Assembly (NCBI GenBank): GCA_037444505.1
Contig: JBBIMH010000017.1
Location: 1,516-65,515, forward strand
Direction: 5' to 3'
DNA length: 64,000 nt
DNA from: Nitrospirota bacterium
GTDB taxonomy: Bacteria > Nitrospirota > UBA9217
The notes below the pieces were generated by a model that did not search any database, was not told where the DNA came from, and worked only from the letters and a program-made list of their open reading frames with translations. Positions 45,419-52,376 of the stretch are shown piece by piece. Made by a program: the position numbers and the translations under genes. Numbering within the stretch: position 1 is the stretch's first letter; every line of letters starts with the position of its first letter.

Positions 45419-46543
45419 TCACGGTTCCACCGTGATAAGCTCATACTGTCTTGTGCCGAGGCCGAGCCGCTCCGCCTCCTCTATCTGTATATGCATCGGT
45501 CTCGGATTGAGCTTGAAGAGCACATCATCGCCAGGCTTGGCATCGTGTCCATCCAGGGCTGACTGACCGAGGGGAGCGGCCTTCTTTAGCATGTCGAGCG
45601 AGGCCTGCTCGATTGCGACAAGGTCGTCCGAGACCATGATGCCCTGGTCCTGAAGCACGGGCACGTCCGCTACTGGCATGCAGTCGCATTCAGGCTGTAT
45701 TTCCATGAGGAAGTTTATATAGACCACCTTCCCCCGTTCGAATGTAGAGAGCACAGCCTTTGCCGCCTCTGCAAGGCTCTTCTGGAACAGCTCATCGTCC
45801 TGAGGAAGCACGAGTGCACCTTCCTGGCAGACCCTGCTGCATCTCCCGCAGTGCCAGCACAGCTCTTCATCATAGGAGAATACCCCTTCCCTGAGCTCTA
45901 TGGAGCCGAGGGGGCAGACATTCTCGCACTGGCCGCAGAATATGCAGCGCTCCGCATCCCATCTCAAGGACATCTCTCCATGACAGTGCATTCCGCCGCG
46001 GCCCTTCTGCCATCCGAATTCCCTGTGCCTGGAGCTCACGCATCCCATTGCAAGGTTCTTGATGGCGCCGGCATAGCCCGCGTTTATATGGCCTTTCGTA
46101 TGGGTGCAGACGACCATAGCAGGTGCGTCATGGATGGCGGAGGCGACAGCTATTCCGCCCATTATGGGGCCAGACTCGACTATGATGCTGTCCTTTCCGT
46201 ACAGGCCGTCTGCGAGTACAACAGGCGCGCCTATAGAGAGATGGTTCAGGCCGTTCTGGTTCGCTACCTCGAGATAATCGAGGCCCAGTATGCGGACTGT
46301 ATCGGTAACGAACGGCTTTGCCCCCGTCTTCTTAACAGCCTCGACGACCTTCCGGATGAAGACAGAAGGAATGATCCTGAACGCGCCGTGCGAGCCCCAG
46401 TGAGTCTTGACAGCGACCCAGTCCTCCTTCGAAAACCTCCTGCCGAGCTCGAGCATTTCGAGAAGGCGCTCCAGCTTTCCAGGCATGCTGTACCGATAGT
46501 CCCATCGAAGCGTGCGTGCGGAAGAGAAATATACCTTAGACAT
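45419..46543 (-). CDS. DUF362 domain protein with 2x[4Fe-4S] ferredoxin insert
   Basis: DUF362-like N-terminus (VAVKTHWGSHG...FVTDT) and two CxxCxxCxxxCP motifs (CIFCGQCENVCP, CWHCGRCSRVC). AGGAGG RBS upstream. Confidence 0.85.
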   Translation of the reverse strand: MSKVYFSSARTLRWDYRYSMPGKLERLLEMLELGRRFSKEDWVAVKTHWGSHGAFRIIPSVFIRKVVEAVKKTGAKPFVTDTVRILGLDYLEVANQNGLNHLSIGAPVVLADGLYGKDSIIVESGPIMGGIAVASAIHDAPAMVVCTHTKGHINAGYAGAIKNLAMGCVSSRHREFGWQKGRGGMHCHGEMSLRWDAERCIFCGQCENVCPLGSIELREGVFSYDEELCWHCGRCSRVCQEGALVLPQDDELFQKSLAEAAKAVLSTFERGKVVYINFLMEIQPECDCMPVADVPVLQDQGIMVSDDLVAIEQASLDMLKKAAPLGQSALDGHDAKPGDDVLFKLNPRPMHIQIEEAERLGLGTRQYELITVEP

Positions 46544-46977
46544 AAACCTCCTGCAACAGTATCAGTATCGTCAATAACAAACCACAAAGCCCTCAAAGAA
46601 GGACATGAATGAAGGAGCAAAACCCCTCTGTGTCCTCATTACCCATCTGCTACCTTTCATCACCGACTCCGTATGTTTTTGTCATGTATTTAACCTCATG
46701 AGGACACCGGCATTTTATTGAAATTCCTCTGTGCTGTCAGTGGTTTTATCTCTTTATTTCATGAAACGTTTGACAATACCCGGTATCACGACATGTCAAA
46801 TTCCATGTACTGAGCTTGTCTGATGCAACGCCTCGCTCAGTATTAGGCTCAATTATAAAGGATTTACCTTCATAGTCAACATCCGGTTGTGCCTTTCATG
46901 GACAATAGCTGAGCCGCCTGCGCGACCCCTGCCTTCGAGTTGCGATGCCGGGTTCTTAATGCCTGTATTCCCGCTAT

Positions 46978-46992
46978 TGACAAAATTTGTCA
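46978..46992. promoter_or_regulatory. Candidate enhancer-binding-protein site (UAS) for the pilA sigma-54 promoter
   Basis: The palindrome TGACA-AAATT-TGTCA lies about 75-90 bp upstream of the -24 element. A related pair, TTTGACA (46769-46775) and TGTCAAA (46794-46800), lies further upstream. Confidence 0.3.
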
Positions 46993-47065
46993 CCATGGCC
47001 TGACGTAATCGGCCCATTTCGACACTATCTCTAATATAACTATTCTAAATTAAATACTTTTTTTC

Positions 47066-47081
47066 TGGCATGCAATCTGCA
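47066..47081 (+). promoter_or_regulatory. Sigma-54 (-24/-12) promoter of pilA
   Basis: TGGCAT-GCAAT-CTGCA matches TGGCAC-N5-TTGCA with exact GG/GC spacing. It lies 154 nt upstream of the pilA ATG. Confidence 0.6.
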
Positions 47082-47234
47082 TAATAGACAGACGAAAAGC
47101 CCGGGGCATGGAAGGAGGTGAGACAACCCATAAGAAGCCCTGGGTCAAACACGCCATGGATAGGGTTCAAGACGGGTTCACTATACAAAAATAAACCGTG
47201 GCGGAAAATTTGATAATTTTTATGGGAGGATAAA

Positions 47235-47918
47235 ATGTTTAAGAAGATCAAAAACAAAAAAGGTTTCACACTCATCGAACTGCTCATCGTGATCGCCATC
47301 ATCGCGATCCTCGCAGCCATCGCCATCCCGCAGTTCTCAGCGTATCGGGTGAAGGCATATAATGCATCAGCACAGTCAGATCTAAGAAACACAGGTGTCT
47401 CACAGGCCGCTATGGGCCAGGATTTTTCCAGTTATGGAATTACCGAGTCAGGTACTTTACCAGGCTCCGGACTTAGCGGAACAGGAGTAGTTGATGGCGC
47501 TCCACTACTTGGACCACTTGGCGGCGCCACGACGGCAATACCGGGTGCTATGCTTACAACTAATGATTTGACGGAAGCCAATGCTGTCAGAGGCATTCCT
47601 ACCGGTGTTGGAAGCAGCGTGGGCATCTTAGCGCGTGTAAATGCTATTCAATCTTCAATTGGTTCAAATACTAATGTTATTACGGCGAATGCATATACTA
47701 TGGTAACAAAGCATACACTGGGCACGCAGGCATACGGAATGGATTCTGATACTACAGCGATGTTTGTATGCACAAACGAAACATCCGCATTTCTTGGCGC
47801 TCCTATCCAGAATGCTACTACCCCCGTTACAATTCCGGTCCCCACAAATGGTGTAAACGATTTTGGAAGTGTCGCGTGCAATGGTGATGCAGCTAATCCT
47901 AACTGGGTAGCCAGGTAA
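47235..47918 (+). CDS. pilA: Type IVa pilin
   Basis: Prepilin leader MFKKIKNKKG followed by FTLIELLIVIAIIAILAAIAIPQF (the class III signal), and a C-terminal Cys pair (FVCTNE...VACNG). GGGAGG RBS upstream. Confidence 0.92.
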   Translation: MFKKIKNKKGFTLIELLIVIAIIAILAAIAIPQFSAYRVKAYNASAQSDLRNTGVSQAAMGQDFSSYGITESGTLPGSGLSGTGVVDGAPLLGPLGGATTAIPGAMLTTNDLTEANAVRGIPTGVGSSVGILARVNAIQSSIGSNTNVITANAYTMVTKHTLGTQAYGMDSDTTAMFVCTNETSAFLGAPIQNATTPVTIPVPTNGVNDFGSVACNGDAANPNWVAR

Positions 47919-47951
47919 ATATGAAGTAATTTGATGGTCCTTTCAATAATG

Positions 47952-47989
47952 AAGAAGACAGGCCGGTTGAAGAGCTGGCCTGTCTTCTT
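47952..47989 (+). terminator. Stem-loop downstream of pilA (possible terminator/attenuator)
   Basis: 13-bp perfect stem AAGAAGACAGGCC / GGCCTGTCTTCTT with a 12-nt loop. No clear U-tract follows. Confidence 0.4.
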
Positions 47990-48174
47990 GAATGGGCTGT
48001 TGAGAAAATAGTACTTTCAGACAGAGATATAGCATGGGGCGGGCGCAGATAGGGTCAGCACACCGAAAGGCATGTGATGTATAAATTTTTATTTAGCTAA
48101 CATTCACTATGATATAAATATTTTTGGTTGATATGGCCACTGGTGTGGCGGACTGAACGGAAATATGAATCGAA

Positions 48175-49020
48175 ATGATGAAAGCTTGCAACCCTATGAA
48201 CGCACTTGATAATAAAAAAAACATCTTATCTATCGCACATATAACCATTAAAGGGAGTAGAATAGAAAAAATCTATTATCTGCTTTTTTTTACAGTAGTT
48301 ATCGTTTTATTATTAACTCCATATTTTGCATCAATGTCTCCCCGACAGGGCAAACAGGTGGCGCTCGATTTTATTCTTTCTACTCAGTCTTTCACAGGTC
48401 TTATTATAGCTACTTTCGTCGGCAGCGGACTTATAGCGCGGGATGTAGATAAAAAGGTTATCTACAGCGTAATTACCAAGTCGGTTTCTCGAAGCCAATA
48501 CGTTATAGGTAGATTCTTGGGGATAGCATTAATTCTTCTTTTAGCCATCATATTGATGTCTTTTTTTGGTATCCTATCATATTATGCTACCCTCTGGATG
48601 TTTATTACTTTAGGTGATGCACCGAATTGGTATGTATATTGGTTGAATGCAATTTTTTTATACCTAAAATTGTTGATTATTGTGGCTGTAGCTTTTTTGT
48701 TTTCATCTTTTTCCACTAGTACCATATTCCCTCTTGCAGTAACTATTGGAGTCTATATTGCCGGCGCATCTGCCATAAAGGTGAAGAGTTATCTCGAAAC
48801 TCTTTCGGGTGCTAATTGGGGCATTGGTTTTAAACTCTTAGTCAATTCAGCTTTTTATTTATTTCCAAATCTATCAGCTTTTGATCTGAAGGCTCAAGCA
48901 GCCTATGGCTTGTCTGTGAACAGTCTCAATCTTATATTTGTTGCACTATATGGTTTGCTTTATATTTCTGTAATGCTGTTTGTAACAGTAGTGATCTTTA
49001 ACAGACGGGACTTGATATGA
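48175..49020 (+). CDS. ABC-2-type transporter permease (AT-rich gene)
   Basis: About six TM helices in ABC-2-like organisation. Its stop overlaps the next start (ATGA at 49017-49020). Visibly AT-rich codon usage. The start is uncertain (48175 or 48196). Confidence 0.7.
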   Translation: MMKACNPMNALDNKKNILSIAHITIKGSRIEKIYYLLFFTVVIVLLLTPYFASMSPRQGKQVALDFILSTQSFTGLIIATFVGSGLIARDVDKKVIYSVITKSVSRSQYVIGRFLGIALILLLAIILMSFFGILSYYATLWMFITLGDAPNWYVYWLNAIFLYLKLLIIVAVAFLFSSFSTSTIFPLAVTIGVYIAGASAIKVKSYLETLSGANWGIGFKLLVNSAFYLFPNLSAFDLKAQAAYGLSVNSLNLIFVALYGLLYISVMLFVTVVIFNRRDLI

Positions 49021-49838
49021 AGTTATTTCTGAATATCATTGTGCTAATAACATACATTCTGCTTATCAATCCGGTGGAAAAATTCTCCAAATCTAAGATG
49101 ACTACAGAGAGCACAACTGCTGTTCCGGATGTTGAGGTCGTCGATATATTTGCACTGGAATTCAAAAATTTGGTGAGCGACATCCTTTTTTTTGATGCGA
49201 TTACATTTATAGGGGGCAAGAAAACGTTTCGATTAGAAATGCAAGAAGGCGAGCAACTTTATTCCTTGCTGAACGCGTCATCTTTTCTTAATCCTTATAA
49301 TGTGGATCCATACTACCTCGGGCAATCCATTTTAACATGGGAAACAAAGATGTATGACCGTGCAAATATCTTATTGAAGCGTGGTATGCAGTATAGGAAC
49401 AAAGAATGGGTGTTCCCTTTTTTTATTGCATATAACTATTTTTATTTTATGAACGACACTCTGCGCGGTGCGGAGTACATGAAAGTTGCCATTGAAAGGC
49501 CTGGCTCTCCTACTCTGGTGCTTACTACATTGGCGTCGCGGCTTTATTATCGTTCCGGACGGACAGAGGTAGGGATTTTGCTTTTAAAGGATGCAGAGGC
49601 GCATGAGGCAGATGAAGGTGTAAAGAAAATTTACAGGAAAAGAATTAAGGCAATGGAAGGGGTTTTGGTGATAGAGAAAGCAATTGAGGTGTATAAAAAT
49701 AAATATTCGAGGAAACCAGCTAATATTGATATGCTTATTAAAGCAGGTTTATTAAAGAGCCGGCCGCATGATCCTTATGGCGGACAATATTACATAGATA
49801 AAGAAGGAAATGTCAAAAGCACGAGTGATTTTAGGTAG
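49017..49838 (+). CDS. Membrane-anchored hypothetical protein with GspG-like C-terminal motif
   Basis: N-terminal TM helix and a helical-repeat middle region. The C-terminus IEKAIEVYKNKYSRKPANIDMLIKAGLLKSRPHDPYGGQYYID resembles the T2SS major pseudopilin G domain pattern (Y...G.YP..L..L...YL...P.DPWG..Y.Y). Confidence 0.6.
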   Translation: MKLFLNIIVLITYILLINPVEKFSKSKMTTESTTAVPDVEVVDIFALEFKNLVSDILFFDAITFIGGKKTFRLEMQEGEQLYSLLNASSFLNPYNVDPYYLGQSILTWETKMYDRANILLKRGMQYRNKEWVFPFFIAYNYFYFMNDTLRGAEYMKVAIERPGSPTLVLTTLASRLYYRSGRTEVGILLLKDAEAHEADEGVKKIYRKRIKAMEGVLVIEKAIEVYKNKYSRKPANIDMLIKAGLLKSRPHDPYGGQYYIDKEGNVKSTSDFR

Positions 49839-49888
49839 CGTGCATATTACATAGGTATTTTGTCTAAAAGAACAAGGAAAGACTGACA

Positions 49889-50839
49889 ATGCATGTATTA
49901 AGGATTGAGAAGTTGACAAAGATTTATAAACTGGCGGGGCACACATTTACCGCCCTGTCTGCTTTGGACTTAAGCATCGAACAAGGCGAGGTGTTCGGCT
50001 TTCTCGGGCCGAACGGAGCGGGCAAAACTACGACAATAAAAATTCTTGTCAATCTGATATTCCCTACAAGCGGTAAGGCTTGGATATTTGGTGATGATTG
50101 CTCTCTGCCTGAAGCGAGGAGAAGAATAGGTTTCTTGCCTGAGATGCCAATGTTTTACGATTATCTTACATTAGAGGAATTACTGCGGTTCGGGGGTGAA
50201 ACGGCGGGTTTAAGTAAGGCGCTTATAAAAACAAGGATAGATCATCTACTCGTTCTGCTCGACATGGAGCGGGCGCGGAATTTGAGGATAAGGAAGTTTT
50301 CAAAGGGCATGCAGCAGCGGGCCGGTCTGGCCTATGCGCTTATGGGTGACCCCGATGTCTTGATCCTGGATGAGCCCATGAGCGGGCTCGATCCTATAGG
50401 CAGGAAGGATTTCGTTGATCTTATTAGAAAGCTCAAGGCCGAAGGCAAAACGATTTTCTTCAGCTCGCATGTGCTTTCAGATATTGAGAACCTATGCGAC
50501 CGCGTCGGAATCCTGGTCAAAGGTGAGCTTAAAAAGGTAGGCAATGTCTCGGAGCTGCTGAGAGCCGAGGATGGATTCCTGGTCAGGGTAAGCGGATTGG
50601 ATGGTGGAGGAAAGGAATATTTAGAGCAACTGGGCGTCCATGTCTCGGTCGATGGAAATGCGCTCTCCCTCCGTGTCACAAGGGATAAGGTCATGGATGT
50701 CATGGATATTATTAAGGCACGAAAGGCTTCGATCGCTTCGATCGATACCATGCGCAAGTCTCTCGAAGATATATTTATGGAAGTAGTTCAACAGAATCAA
50801 TCATCAGTCAGTCCTACCCCCTCTTCTCCTCATGCCTGA
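49889..50839 (+). CDS. ABC transporter ATP-binding protein
   Basis: Walker A GPNGAGKTT, signature FSKGMQQR and Walker B VLILDEP, plus a C-terminal accessory domain. Confidence 0.92.
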   Translation: MHVLRIEKLTKIYKLAGHTFTALSALDLSIEQGEVFGFLGPNGAGKTTTIKILVNLIFPTSGKAWIFGDDCSLPEARRRIGFLPEMPMFYDYLTLEELLRFGGETAGLSKALIKTRIDHLLVLLDMERARNLRIRKFSKGMQQRAGLAYALMGDPDVLILDEPMSGLDPIGRKDFVDLIRKLKAEGKTIFFSSHVLSDIENLCDRVGILVKGELKKVGNVSELLRAEDGFLVRVSGLDGGGKEYLEQLGVHVSVDGNALSLRVTRDKVMDVMDIIKARKASIASIDTMRKSLEDIFMEVVQQNQSSVSPTPSSPHA

Positions 50840-50860
50840 TGTCGAGGCGTTTCAGGCTCT
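50820..50860 (+). repeat. Direct repeat A (relic copy of the 3' end of gene 51721-52140)
   Basis: CCTCTTCTCCTCATGCCTGATGTCGAGGCGTTTCAGGCTCT matches 51733-51772 at about 36 of 41 positions. Read on the minus strand it encodes ...RLDIRHEEKRG*. Confidence 0.8.
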
Positions 50861-51106
50861 GTTTGGTTCATGTTTCAGGGGGGTCTATATTCCAGGGCTT
50901 ATCAGTGGAGGCACTGACCCGGGCAGTGAGGATATAGTAATAATCCTTACATTGCTTTCTTAATTGTATGTTACAGGCCTATTTATGAAATTTCGGTGCA
51001 CTTTTCTTGGACCGGGCCGGGGGCACGACTCTCATGGTCTGTGGAGATGCCGCGTTAAAATGGCTTGAAATCAATTGCATAGTTATACCCGACTTTCAAT
51101 ATTCAG

Positions 51107-51134
51107 TTGCGATAAACTTGGATTTTGATATAAT
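51107..51134 (+). promoter_or_regulatory. Sigma-70 promoter candidate (extended -10) for the Uma2 gene
   Basis: TTGCGA (51107-51112), 16-nt spacer, TGaTATAAT (51126-51134). Confidence 0.45.
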
Positions 51135-51163
51135 TTGAGTGTGATATGAGGGAGGTGATTTTC

Positions 51164-51718
51164 ATGGGGGCGACAGCGACTGCTGGTGGCAGGCGATATA
51201 CCTATGCTGATTATGAAAAACTTCCAGAGGGCGCCCCGTACCAGCTGATTGGAGGAGAACTCGTCATGACGCCCGCACCGACGCCTTATCATCAGAGGAT
51301 TTTAAGGAAGATCGGATATGCGCTCGTAACGTTTATTGAGGCAAAGGGCCTGGGAGAAATTCTGTACGCTCCTATAGATGTCTATCTTTCAGAGACTGAA
51401 ACCTATCAGCCGGATATAATATTCATTTCAAAGGAGAGGGCAGGTATAATAGGTGAAAAAAAGATAGAGGGCGCTCCCGATCTGGTAGTAGAAATACTCT
51501 CTCCTGCAACCGCCTATTATGATTTGCGGCAGAAGATGCATGTGTATGAAGGCTTCGGGGTGAGGGAATACTGGATCGTTGATCCGATTGAAAAGGCAGT
51601 TGATATCTATGAAAATCCGGGGCGGGAATTCAGGCTGTTCGGCGCAGCACGTGAAACCGGAGTAATCCGTTCGAAGCTGCTTTCAGGCTTTGAGATAGAT
51701 TTGGCTACGATATTCTGA
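51164..51718 (+). CDS. Uma2 family endonuclease (DUF820, PD-(D/E)xK-like)
   Basis: YTYADYEKLPEGAPYQLIGGELVMTPAPTPYHQ...PDIIFIS...APDLVVEILSP...D...K...Y...GVREYWIVDP is the typical Uma2 pattern. GGGAGG RBS 8 nt before ATG 51164. Confidence 0.88.
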   Translation: MGATATAGGRRYTYADYEKLPEGAPYQLIGGELVMTPAPTPYHQRILRKIGYALVTFIEAKGLGEILYAPIDVYLSETETYQPDIIFISKERAGIIGEKKIEGAPDLVVEILSPATAYYDLRQKMHVYEGFGVREYWIVDPIEKAVDIYENPGREFRLFGAARETGVIRSKLLSGFEIDLATIF

Positions 51719-51720
51719 TC

Positions 51721-52140
51721 TCACCTCCTCTTCCTCTTCTCCTCGTGCCTGATGTCGAGTCGATTGAGCTCTTCTATATTTTTGCTGAGGCGTTCTATCG
51801 TTTTGAGTGCCTGGCGCCATGTTTTCGCCTCTTCCGCCTTTTCGTGGGTCGGATACAGTCTTAGGAATTCTTCGAATTCCTGCAATGCCTTGGGGTAGTC
51901 GGCCTGGGGGTTGTCGTAGGCGACGAGGGTATAGGCGAGCCGGAACCTCGCCTCTGCGGAAATATCCGGATCGGAATTGTTTTTGATAATAGCCATGTAG
52001 GCTGATACTGCCTCGGTGTATTTCTTTTCAGATGCGAGTTTGTCTGCGGCCGTGAGCTCGCTGACAGGATGTGTCAGAGATGCGCAGCCTGTGCCGAGGA
52101 TGGTCACTGCAAATAGTATGGAAACAACAGCCTTAGACAT
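51721..52140 (-). CDS. TPR-like lipoprotein (BamD/YbgF-like fold)
   Basis: Signal peptide ending in ILGTGC, TPR-like helices (YTEAVSAYMAII, ARFRLAYTLVAY, ALQEFEEFLRLYP) and a basic C-terminal tail. The start is uncertain (52140 or 52185). Confidence 0.65.
   Translation of the reverse strand: MSKAVVSILFAVTILGTGCASLTHPVSELTAADKLASEKKYTEAVSAYMAIIKNNSDPDISAEARFRLAYTLVAYDNPQADYPKALQEFEEFLRLYPTHEKAEEAKTWRQALKTIERLSKNIEELNRLDIRHEEKRKRR
51733..51772 (+). repeat. Direct repeat B (within the 3' end of the lipoprotein gene)
   Basis: CCTCTTCTCCTCGTGCCTGATGTCGAGTCGATTGAGCTCT is the partner of repeat A, 913 bp away. Confidence 0.8.
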
Positions 52141-52376
52141 TGCATTCTTCAGGCCGACCACTGAGTCTGATAAGATAAATGACATATTATGACTTACCTT
52201 TCGCTGATAAAATGATTTAGGTTTAATCTGTGCTCATCCGTTTTTCCGTGTTCTGTGCATTCTATCCCTTCCAGGCTTCCTGCTCCAGTCTCTCAGTCTC
52301 TTCTCTTACCCATGCATGACACCATGCCGCTCGGCTGCTGATTTCATTCGCTCCATCCTCCTATGCCTGTGCTATC

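Noticed and set aside
47045-47392. 115-aa minus-strand ORF overlapping the pilA promoter and 5' end
   Set aside because: It overlaps the unmistakable prepilin leader region in antisense and has no RBS.
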